NCBI GenBank assembly: GCA_003344405.1
Contig: NOWV01000186.1
Span: 62,001 to 126,000, forward strand
Source: Trichoplax sp. H2
Taxonomy: Eukaryota
Direction of reading: 5' to 3'
Length of the DNA: 64,000 nt
The notes under the pieces were generated by a model. That model was not told the DNA's origin, ran no database searches, and worked only from the letters and a program-made list of their open reading frames with translations. Each line of letters begins with the position of its first letter. The first letter of the stretch is position 1. The position numbers were made by a program, and so were the translations under genes. This document shows, one piece after another, positions 24,172 to 36,111 of the stretch.

Positions 24172-25881
24172 ATGAATTTATTTATCCTTGCGGTTCTATT
24201 TTGCAGTGCTACTGCCGCCGTCGTCCATGGTGATGAATTTGATGATGATGATGACTTCTCCTTTAGAGAAGAAAGCCTACATCCTCCTATCTACCAATCT
24301 GACTATAAAATAGTTGGTGTTCGAATAACGCCAACAAATTATGGCGGCATTAAGAAACCTTTTACACTGTGGTTGTCATCACGACGAGGAAAAAGTCGAA
24401 CTGACTACTATCATGGTGTAAGTACAACTATTATTCGAAGAGACGATGGCCCGTTTGGTAGTGCTTATAAAATTATGCCAATCACAACTGAAACTCAATA
24501 TAATGTAAAGTCTTGTGTCGCTATTCATGGCCGACCTCGTCACCCTTACCGGCCCCAGACGGCGATTCCATCACTGGTTAATATTTTTCGTAAAAGCGGA
24601 GAAATTCAATGCGGTAATGAAAAATGCAACATTTGGTCATTTAGTTATAAAATGTTGGGTCGAATTTATCTTTACGACTATTATGTAACACAAGGTCCTC
24701 ATCCAAAACCAGTTCGTTTTCGAAAACGTTGTTATGATATTCTCTTACATCGGTATTATTCCTACTATACTATAGAGATTAAGTCATTTCAGTTAGGAAC
24801 AATCCCAGATTCAATATTTGATTTAAATGGTACACATTGTGGTGGTTTTCCTAAACATCAATTACAATTATTTGATGCGGACATAGAAGACTTTCCATTA
24901 CAAACACAACCCAGTTTATCCGAATTATACAATGATCCAAGTGGTAATTTATTTAGTCAATTTATACTACAACATAACAAGAAATACCATAGTTGGTTTG
25001 AAAGGCGTCATCGTGAAATTAACTTTCTTAATAATGTCCAATACATTAACGATGTTAACCAACAAGGGAAAAGCTACACCTTGGCTATTAATCCTATGGC
25101 AGATATGACTGAGAAAGAATTAACTAATATGAGAGGACGTTTAAGGCGATTTTATCATGCTACAAAGAATTATATACCTTGGAAATATGATCCACACGAA
25201 AAACCACTAGAAAGTATCGATTGGAGAAAGAAAGGCGCTGTAACTCCCATTAAATATCAAGCTCACTGTGGTTCCTGTTTTGCTTTTAGTGCAGTAACAC
25301 CAATTGAAAGTGCTCTCTTTCGCCAAACCGGTCGATTAATACCATTATCCGAGCAGAGTATTATCGATTGCTCATGGGGATATGGTAACTATGCATGTAA
25401 TGGCGGTATGGAATATGCTGCCTATCAATTCGTAACCAAACATGGCATTCCATCGGCTAAATGCTATGGTCCTTATTTGGCATCGCCAGGTTATTGCCAT
25501 CTTTTAAATTGTACTCATCGAGTTCGGTTAGACGGCTATTCTATAGTCTTGCCATCAGGTAACGTCTCTGCAGTTCGGTTAGCCGTTTCAAAAATTGGCC
25601 CAATATCCATCGCTTTTAATGTTCATTCACTTTCTTTCCACTTCTATTCATCGGGCATTTTTGAAGATCCAACTTGCTACAATGATATGCATCATATTAA
25701 TCATGCCCTTAATTTAGTTGGATATGGTAAATTAGGTAATGAACATTATTGGATAATAAGAAACTCATGGTCAGAACACTGGGGAGAAAATGGTTATATG
25801 AGAATGAAATCGACAAATGCTAATGAATGTGCAGTAGCTACATTTGCTACATTCCCTGTCTTGAAAAAAGATGGTCTTTAG
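24172..25881 (+). CDS. 26/29-kDa proteinase-like cathepsin (copy 3), intronless
   Basis: Signal peptide MNLFILAVLFCSATA, N-terminal domain (MPITTETQYNVKSC, CNIWS, CGGFP), ERFNIN-like ERRHREINFLNNVQYINDVN, and triad motifs QAHCGSCFAF, NHALNLVGYG and RNSWSEHWGENGY. Confidence 0.9.
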   Translation: MNLFILAVLFCSATAAVVHGDEFDDDDDFSFREESLHPPIYQSDYKIVGVRITPTNYGGIKKPFTLWLSSRRGKSRTDYYHGVSTTIIRRDDGPFGSAYKIMPITTETQYNVKSCVAIHGRPRHPYRPQTAIPSLVNIFRKSGEIQCGNEKCNIWSFSYKMLGRIYLYDYYVTQGPHPKPVRFRKRCYDILLHRYYSYYTIEIKSFQLGTIPDSIFDLNGTHCGGFPKHQLQLFDADIEDFPLQTQPSLSELYNDPSGNLFSQFILQHNKKYHSWFERRHREINFLNNVQYINDVNQQGKSYTLAINPMADMTEKELTNMRGRLRRFYHATKNYIPWKYDPHEKPLESIDWRKKGAVTPIKYQAHCGSCFAFSAVTPIESALFRQTGRLIPLSEQSIIDCSWGYGNYACNGGMEYAAYQFVTKHGIPSAKCYGPYLASPGYCHLLNCTHRVRLDGYSIVLPSGNVSAVRLAVSKIGPISIAFNVHSLSFHFYSSGIFEDPTCYNDMHHINHALNLVGYGKLGNEHYWIIRNSWSEHWGENGYMRMKSTNANECAVATFATFPVLKKDGL

Positions 25882-27529
25882 AAAGTAGATAAAAATATGA
25901 AATCTTTTCAGCTTATTACGGTTAATTAGTTAAGATCGCAAACTTTGTTGTACTATAATTGCTTTTACGTGAGATAGAAGAGTTGACAAAAACGTTGGCA
26001 ACTAAGAATTTGTTGTACATCTATTTATTTGTAACATTAGTATTTTAGATCAATGGGGCAAATATTGATGTACATTTTTGAATTAGTCATTCTCAACTTT
26101 GAATAATTTTTCTTCAACATAACTTTATCGATAGACTAACTACACATAGAGTATTCGAATGATTCTATCATGAAAATATTCTTTAGCATCAATTTATTCT
26201 TAAAATACAACTTCGGTTATCTTGATCATACTCTGATGACTAGCTAATGGGATACTCAAAGTTGTGCGATATTGCTTTCATCTCTCGAAATGATGGCCAT
26301 CGTTTGTAAAACGCGGCTATTAAGTTTAATCACTAACATTAACCTCGATTGTATTATTAATACTAAGACTTACCTGTGTCTTGCGATCTATTCCTATTCG
26401 TATGTTAGACTGCAAGCATGAATAAGTTAAATACTCTCTCTATATATATTATAATATGACGCATACCATCGTTTACGGCGCTGTATGTAGCATTTTTAAT
26501 CATTTCTATGAATCTTTGATATGCACAAATGTTATAATTTCGGCTCTTGAGAGAACTACAGCATTATAATTTCATTTTAAGATGTTGAATTAGATTTGCT
26601 TATGGCCAAAGAGCTAATACTATTATCGCGTAAGAGAACTAATATGTTACTCGCGTTTGTATGTTATATGAAGTTGAACACTAAACAGGCTTTTTTAAAT
26701 GTAGCTTTCGACCAGAAAATGATTCTTTCCAATAGACGAATCAAAAAATCTTTGAAGAAATATTTGATAATTATAATACAAGTCTTCTGTATTTACTTGT
26801 CTTACTATTTTATTTCATTTCCGCTGTATCTGTGTAGCACCATCAATAAGTGCTATCTTGCGTATATATACACCGTAAGATCATAAATTGATCCAATATA
26901 TTACATTGTACTCTAAAATGATTCATAATAACGGATTCCAAGTTTTCAAATCTATAAAATCGCTTATATAAACGATGTACATTTCTCAAGCGTTAAAAAA
27001 ATCAATAAAATCGAGTCTGAGTACAAATTCAAATAATTTTTAGCCATATCTTTAGCGATTTAAAGGTCAATATATATCATTGCCTTCATGTACTCTAATT
27101 ACAAATATAACTGCTTATTCCTTATCTCTGTGGAGTAAGATTAACATTGATTTACAAATTAATATAAAATTAATTAGCAATATAACTGTTATAGGTAGCA
27201 TTTAAAAGTTCATTTTTATATTTACAAGAACCAAGATAGAACAAAGATGTAGGGTATTTTTAATTCTCCATTTGTCATATACAGTAATAGACAATGTACT
27301 ATCTTGATAAGAAATTATACATTCGATCAAAATTCTTAATTATCTGATAGATACCTATCATTTAGTAACCAATTGATGAGCCATTGCATTACATACATAT
27401 AAATAGTATCATTCACGATACTTGATATTTGAGAAAATGCTCATCTTAAAGTTTCATGCCAATGAATGTAATCTTCATCACCGCTGCAATATAACTAGAC
27501 ATTGATCGATTTGACTGGAACGAAGAGAC

Positions 27530-30500
27530 CTATATTCGTGCAAAGATCTGACTTTCCGAATGCTGAAAAATAAATTTCAACAGTGTGGATAATAAAGAGA
27601 CCAAGTGTGACAGTTGCCAACTTTCCATGTAGGCCATGGTAGTAGTTATCAGCCGTACTAAAAATTATCAAAACGGTAAAAAAGTCCTATAGCTTAACAA
27701 GTGAAATATTCAATGAAAGATATAATCTCACAGTTATAATTTACCTCTTTCGACAAGAGATGAGAAATTATCCATCACAGTTTTTTGGTATAAAACTGAT
27801 AGATTTCTCGATAATCTTCTTGAAACTCTTCTGGGCAAATTCTTTGTCATCGTTAACAATCCTGTACTATCACTGCAGTTATTCATTATAGCGCCAATCC
27901 TATTGTGATAACGTATAAATAATTGATATTAGATATGAAGAGTTACATGATGTTGTATTATATTTGTATTATCGTCATATTGCAAATAGAAAAGAAGCCC
28001 CTAAGCCTGAACTAGTATTGTAACGTTGAATAATTTACAATATAATAAAGCCGACTTACTGCAATTTAAAGAATAATTTCGAGTTGATTGATGAAACATA
28101 ACCGCCCAATTCGTAATAAATACTACGGCAGGTATCGCTCAATTTGGCTTGGGCAATTGGAATATCATTTAATAACCTAATTTATAAAGTGATGCAAATA
28201 GTAAAACTTATAAAATTGTTATTACAGAAAGGGTTCGTTACTGATTATCTTTTATCAAACATGACTAGAAGTCAGTTAATACAATGCTGCAAACCTGAAT
28301 GCGAGAGACACCAAAGCGTCATAAGCAATTGAATACGGAGTTAATATTATAGAAGACAAATAATGTAACGTCGGGGTAGAAGATGGTTCGGTGCATGCCA
28401 TATGAAGAGCTAAATAGACAAATGATTAAAACCATTTAAACTATTAATACATTATAACTGTAAATCGACGTAGAAGTAGTTCATTACCTTCTTTCATTCC
28501 GAAAGGTAAATGTATCCCGCCAGTCTCGTATAGTTGAAATATTACGTTACTCTGGGCTACAGCTTCTTCATAATTAGAACTTACATCGGAACAAGTGGAA
28601 AATTCATCTTCATTTAGATCCTGACTGTTTCCACTACCTTTATCTTCTTTCTCTAAATTGGGTATATTTATTTCGTTCATTTCCCAGTTTTCATCAATAT
28701 CCTGTTCATGATCAACCTCGGCCACGCTCGTTATGCTGTTGTGTAGCGCTGTGTGCAATGGATTAAGTATTATGTTAATTCCAACGGTTATTCGCTTATA
28801 TATATACAATGTGTAATGAAATCAATCTTAAAACTGTATATCACATCACTTAAGCTAGCTATTCAATGTTGATACTTACAATAGCCAGCCATCTTATTTT
28901 GTAAAAATCGTAGTGCATCAAGATATCCCTGTTGACACATGGATCTGAGAACACGTGGTTCAGGAGGAAATAAAGCACGAGATAGACGATATATATTTGA
29001 TAGAGAAACTTGGATGTTGGTGTTATTACAACAAAATTGATGAAAACTCATCGAGTTATCGTTGGGACAAATATCAGATTCTCCATAAAAGGGTGATACT
29101 AAAATGGTGTTTTGACCAAATGGTTGTGGTTGATTATCACTGAAACCACCATCAATGTAATGCTGTAAAGAAGAATGATCCATCATTAATCTAGACAAGA
29201 CTACTATATCAATGGGTATTGAGGGAAGATTGAGAAAAATAGCTTAAATCAATATGCATGTGCGTATTATTAATAAAACTTATTAATATACAGTAGGTAT
29301 TCTTTTAACTGCGTTTTACGCGTATGCTGTCTTTTACCTCTCCGCGATAAATGATCGGTGTCATTCCAGACCAAATTGGAACAAAGCTACTGGTGCATAA
29401 CGCCTAGAAATGATGTAACAGAATCTATTAGAAATCTTTCATTTTCCAAAGTACTGTAGAATAGGTAGGTATGTTATAGATTACATGTAACAAAGAGCAA
29501 CTATATGCATTTCATGTTGAGGAATGACTATCAAAAAATGCGTATCCATCGGGTTTGATTAAAAAAATATTCATTGTTTTTTAGCTACATAAATTATTCA
29601 TTTATCCTACTTATTTTCCTTCTTCAGGAAGAAACTGTTATAAAATATTGAATAGATGGTATCGCATTTTAAAAAGTTTGTAATGAATAAGGAATTCAAT
29701 GATGCAACATATGCATTATTTCAATTTAAAAATTGTCACAGTAGAAATGAAAAGGGTCGCATAATACGCGAGATTATAATATGACACATTAGTCTAAATA
29801 ATAGGGTTAATCCGATAGCTGTCGGTGCCATTAGAATGAGGTCAACACTGTCAACTTTGAAACTTCTAGAAAATTTTTAATGTCGTTTCTAGTAACTTAT
29901 TAATTAATTATAGGAGTAAAATAAAAAATTTTCTGGGTGGCATTTTACCGTCGACAGGAAGAGACATTCCCGCCTAGTATGTCTGTAACCTATACAGCGT
30001 TTGAATCAACCCAAAACACTATAAGCATTTCTATCGATCTAGTGAGAAATGAGTAAGGTCACCAGGTGGATTTAATCGATTTAGAATATGGAGAAAACGG
30101 TCATAACGTGAGTTTAAATTATCTCTCGATGAAGATTATTGATTATTGCTTCATCTTGCTTCTGAATCATCTCCATTTCAGAGTTTATGTAGTGTATAAG
30201 CAGGCTATGATAGCGATCGATGACTGTTTAATACAAGAGATCTTGCCTATACTGTTTCCTATATTCCAACTAAATCAACGGCGATGATTTGTAACGGATA
30301 CATAAACAAAGAATCAAAATAAACGCCTGATGGCGCACTAGTAACAAAAAAACTCGTCGTATATACTAGCAGAAAATTTCAATATTTTAAAAGTTTAGGC
30401 TCAAAGTATAATCATGACTATTTTATTGCAAACAGTGATAACTGAATATCTCTATAATGGAATGGAGAATTTAACTCATTTTGTTACAGGATAATGCTAC

Positions 30501-31002
30501 GAGATTAACCATCAATGCATGGGAATTTTTTTTATTTAGCATGACAGGCAATCGATGCGGTTGAGTTGCTGTAAGTGCAAGAATCTTTTTACCGTTGGCT
30601 TACCTCTATGAGATCATTTTTACTATGAAATTCCGATATCATGACATTTTGCATATCAGACAAACGTGTCAAGGATATAAATAAACGGCCAGAAACAATT
30701 TCATGAACGTTGTCAGGAGCGAAACTGGCTAACAATGTGGATAATGTCTTGGTAATGTTAAACTTGGGATTATAGGGTCCTAAGGATGATGAACGAATAC
30801 TTTTCACCACTTTCATCATCTCATTGGTAATTAATCCTAGAGGACAATCCACAAGTAAAACAAGGCCTGATAAAGCGCCAGCACTAGCACCACTAACAGA
30901 ACGGAGGCTGTTCACAAATTGTGGTGCATGTTCCTTTAAACATGATACCACGCCAAGATGATAAAGACCTAAAAAACCACAACCCGCTAGAGAAAGATTC
31001 AT
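27530..31002 (-). CDS. Patatin-like phospholipase domain protein, PNPLA2/ATGL-like (copy 1); exons 31002-30604, 29403-29338, 29162-28880, 28748-28488, 28409-28295, 28176-28060, and less certainly 27899-27745 and 27657-27530
   Basis: Oxyanion loop [18 protein letters not shown], nucleophile motif SGASAG, exon 2 [13 protein letters not shown], catalytic Asp in YIDGGFSDN, and [15 protein letters not shown] junctions have consistent phases. The last two exons are tentative. Confidence 0.85.
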
Positions 31003-31719
31003 GGTCGATCGTTGGGTAGCGCATTGACGAGTTAATCCTTTTCAATTGATCCTGCTTGTCTCTGTACGAGTAACCAACTCCTGAATGGATACTGATTTCT
31101 AGTTTGTTCTTGCAGCAAGATAATGCAGAGTTCAGAGATGGACTAGAATTCTACGGGTATATGCACTTGATCGACTAAAAGATGGAGCTGAAGGATGGCC
31201 TCGATGATCCAGTCTACTGGTTGGCGCAATGATAGCAATAAATTTAAACTTAATGTAGTACGGTAATGATCTTCCTCTCCCAACTCTATAAATTGGTCAA
31301 AGTAATAGTAGAGTATTTTTGCACTTAAAGAATGGTGTAGATTCTCTCGATCCAAGTCTACAACGTCCAATCGACAAGGATAAAGCAATAAAAACCAATG
31401 ATCAAGGTATAAAATGTAAATGATGAATTGGATTTCGATCAAGAAGTGAATAGAAATTCTATGGAGAATAAAGCAAGCGCGAGCACGTTGTATTCTTTTT
31501 TTGTTAGATAATAAGTTGATAACGACTCAAGGAGTACAGTAGATAGCGATGATCAAAAACAGTAGAGTAAACAAACCAACCTAAAAATAAACGTTGCCAT
31601 AGTCAAGGGTCCAATGTCATGGAGCGTGAAATAGGCTTGAGTATAGCGGATAAAGAGCAATCGAGTTTTGCCTCGATTGGACTTATTTATGGACATCTTG
31701 CAATCAGGCCATCGCCTGC

Positions 31720-31911
31720 ATCACGTGAGTAACGCGATCGATCGACAAAACAATACAATAGGAGGTGATTTGGTGGGTGGTGCCAGGGGTGGACGGGAGG
31801 CTAACAACAGACAATGGGTATCGACTGAGTAGTGCAGTTTGTATAGGCTTAGCGACTCGTTCGCGTTATTACACTGTGATGGTTGTCCTATTGTCCTGTT
31901 TACAGTACTGT
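31720..31911 (-). promoter_or_regulatory. Putative promoter module of patatin copy 1: ACAGTACTGT palindrome (31902-31911) and E-box reading ACTCACGTGAT on the minus strand (31720-31730)
   Basis: GC-richer island upstream of the gene. The motifs are identical to those upstream of cathepsin copy 1, in the same order relative to the sense strand. Confidence 0.4.
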
Positions 31912-34900
31912 GTACTGTGCACTGTAGGCTATTTCGGGGGTGGTGCCATGGGTGGGGAAAGAATGTGTCGAGTCAGGCAGGCATGGCCTTACTCGTAGCC
32001 GGTGGTCATCCATGACTGAGATTCGTCGACAACTGCTATACTGAGTATTGTACATAATGGACTGAATGCGACATAATTAATAGCGTTTTTTTGACAGCTG
32101 GCTAACGCATACTCTACCAGACATATAGCCAACATAGACGATCGGAGACTCGTTTGCGTACTTAACCCTTGCAATTGCATCCATTTGAGACAAGTTCACA
32201 AATGAAATTTCTTCTTCATTTCATCAACTAGACGCTCAACATGGTCTAAATTCGACATTTCTAGGCATATTATGTCTTACTTTGAGTAATCCTTGATGGA
32301 TACTGTACTGTAGTGCTAGCATGCGGCAAGCTATTGCATCGTTGCACTCAATCCAAGCGATATATCTCTATGTAAACTAGATATCCATTGCAGCAAGCGG
32401 TCCATGAACTCGCTATCAAGCTGTTGATGGATTAAAACAACAACAAATCTTTCTTGCTAGACAGAAAGGACTCAACTAGACGCAATCATAGGCTATCCAC
32501 TCTTTCTAGTATGCATCGATTATTCTGAAAATATCATACGATAATACAAGTCAAATGGATCATTGCAATAGACGAGGTTGATTACAATATGAACGCAGAA
32601 TAAACAAACATCCACGCATTCGCTACCACGGAATGTAGAATCGGGAAAGGTTCAGGGTCATAACAAAGACTGAAGGCAACAAGAAATGCGCTGTCCAGCC
32701 CAACACCAACTCCAAGCGAGGAGGATGATTGATTGAGTGACAGGGGTAACTTTACGACCAATTCTCACTACAAAGAACTTTCACACGCTAATCTTGCCAT
32801 GCTATTGTACGACTAGCTTTTAAATGGGAAATTCATCAATTGCCCATTTCAACATCGATACCTTACCCTTTGATCCGACATCATCATTGATTGGATTATT
32901 CAACGATTACAATAGCGTTTAAACAACTAATTGACACTAGGCTATAAGCACTGAAGCTGGAAAGAGTATTCATGATATCCATTAGCATGGTTTATTGGGG
33001 ACTTTCGAACCCCGTAGGTCATATAATTCTTGGCCATATGGAGCAAAATATTGCTTGATACAATAGTCCATTTTAGTTGTAGAATCATCATAATGTCAGC
33101 AGTGAACATCATTGTAATCTGTTATTAAACAAGAAGCGGTCATGAGTTAAAAAAAATTATCTTAGTGTTGCCGGTTATGCTGAGGGAAAATGTTTATTCA
33201 TTCAACTCGGTCCCTTATGAAAATATAGGACTAGACGATCATTCCCTTGTATTCTAAATCAATCGACTCTAGTATACAGCAACATACGTAACATCCAACT
33301 TAATCATCGATTGGATATCTTTCTATGACCTTCGTGACAATCCCATCAAGTCAATAAAAAAGACTTCATAATAGTTCAATGAATTTTGTAAATGAGTAGC
33401 AGTATTTTACAGGCCCATAATGTAATTTACGCACGGTAATGTTAATTATATATATAAATTAATAGCATACCGTATACATTGAGTTGAATACCATTATTTA
33501 TGCTACATGTATTAACAGTACGTCTAAAGATTCTACGTACTTCATTTGCATCGATTTAGAACATGAAATACCATTATGGTTTGTAAAGTAATTTAGAAAT
33601 GTTAGCCATACTCAGTACAGTAGTAGCCTACTGTACGCGTAGACTCGTACTTTAATTCATTCATTCGATATTCTTGGCGATACAGAGCGAACATACGTCT
33701 ACTTCACCAATATTGACTATATTTAAATAAATAATAGTTGTAGCAAGTCATGCTAATATATGCTTAATTTTATATTACAATATCCGAAATTCTATCTTGA
33801 CCTACAAGTTAAACCAGAAATATCAAAGATACAAATAGAATCGTTTATATTCTACATCGAACCTAGTAGATAGATGTACATATATATATATATACTCTAT
33901 ATAGTAAGTTATATTTGCATACACCTACGTTTATCTTACTATAAACAATGAATGTTACCCTGATCCATAAGCTTTCTGAAAACATCCGGTATGCGAATCA
34001 ATACGACATCATACAATTCAATTTTTAAATAACATCAAAAATACAGTTGTGATCATACGTCTACGCGTATCTATGAGTTGACATACGAGAAGAACATAAA
34101 TTATACCCGCTCATACCGATGGTGATTTTATCTCACTATCAATGTTTGGATCCCATTCCCACCAATAAAGCATTCTACAGATATCAAACATCCTCGTAAG
34201 TCGATAACATATTAGGCAGTTAGTATTGTTAATCCTATTCGAGAGGTAATTGTGATCACACGTCGATACCAGCGCGTGTACCGAAGTCTCATACACCTCA
34301 TTTTAATTCCATTCTCACTCATTAGGTGATCTACCGTACAAGCATCAGCTAAATTATTAGTGATACAGAAATAGCCATATATCTACGTCAATGATTACTT
34401 TTGTATCGCAAATTGTACCCTTTCATAATGAATTGAATCTAACTAGTAAACATTAAGTGTTTAATTCCATCCTGCTCCATAAGGTAGTCAGGAATATCAA
34501 TATACAAATCAATAATACTACACAAACTTAGATTGAATGCTATTGGAGATAATTCTAACCATACGTCTAGTCTATACACGCATGTATGTATATATATGCA
34601 ATACATACAGCGAATTATGTCTTGTTTATACCTAATTTTAACCTTAATATCAACATTAAATTCCTCCATGGTCCATCTGGAAATATCAAGTACACAAATT
34701 AGAAGCGTCCTATGCTTAATATTATTCGTTGTTATACGTCTAGACAAGTATATGCATACAGTATATAAGTGATATGTTAGTACCTAATCTGATTTAACCG
34801 CCCATATCAAAGTTTAATCACAATCAAGAAGGTCATGTAGAAATGGCAATAACATGATATAATGCATACCTTATTTGTTATATAGAAAATATAAGTATAC

Positions 34901-36111
34901 AGTGTTTGAATAAAGTGGTACTGGCTGATTACGCTCATAATGAATGATACTGCCTTATTAATGAGTACAAAAAATTCGGTATATACAGTAGTAGAAATGG
35001 ATTATATATATATGTATAACAGAACCAGCAACCGGTATAAGAACAATTCTACCTATTACTGCAGTTATGTCAACCTCAGCATATGTTGTTTGAGTTTAAA
35101 AGTGAAATAGCAGATGTTCGAAAACACCCCAATGTCATACACATTAATTTATTTGTCCTATGCTTTAGCTGATGTAGAAATGAATGAATAAGAATTGAGC
35201 CATACAAGATCTAGCACGATAAATAGCAGCCATGACTAAATACGTAATTCAATATTCATTAAATAGGGCTGTTGACAAGATAAATGATAAAGCAGTTTTT
35301 AAATAAAAAATAAAATCAATATGGTATATCGCGCATCCATTAATGATAAAGCCCACACGCCTACCTCATTAAGTGATTCGATTAACCATAACAAGAAAGA
35401 AAATAAACACTACTGACATCATTTGAGGACATTTTGTGGCTATTGCCTGATGATGATTATTTATCAAAGAAATCAGTCTAATATAAATCGCTCTATTACA
35501 ATAGTAGAATCGGCTGATTAGCATCTGTCCGGATCAATTAATTAAATAAAAAATCTTTACCATTTTTGTTTTATCTATACGAGAAAAGAAATTTACAAAT
35601 AACAATTGCATCGCATAACTAATAAATATTACTAACATTAGAGCCAGTGAGTTTAGTAAACTAATTAACCATCGGTTTTGCGCCTATTACACATAAATAA
35701 AATTATAATTTCAAGCATTATTCAAACTGCCAGTTCTAGAAGCAACATACAGTTTAGTGTCGACAATAAATTAAGTAAACAGAGTTCGAAGAAATAATAT
35801 ACGGAATGATTTAAGTAATTTCTGATTCATTTACAGGATACATTATCTATAAGTACATCAAGGAAATAACAAAATCCCCTAAATGTTAAATATTAAGTTT
35901 TCTATCATTCGTACTATTTGCTGAATGATTAATCGTAAGGTGTGTCTGCTTATAACGGTATGTTAAAAAATTAGGTCAGATTTAACATCCAATGCATTTA
36001 GTCTAAAATGATCGTAAGCCTGTCCTATCAACTCATTATAGCCAAATATCGTCTTAGCTTACAAAAAAATTCTATACTATTGCTATAATACACGTAGCAA
36101 CGCAACAAATT

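Noticed and set aside
32996..33015. GGGGACTTTCGAACCCC, resembling an NF-kB site or a small hairpin
   Set aside because: Single imperfect match with a 4-bp stem and no supporting context.
31143..34772. Short ORFs such as 31143..31442, 31765..31998, 34439..34747 and 34533..34772
   Set aside because: They mostly have non-ATG starts, show composition typical of AT-rich non-coding DNA, and have no motifs or consistent splice chain.
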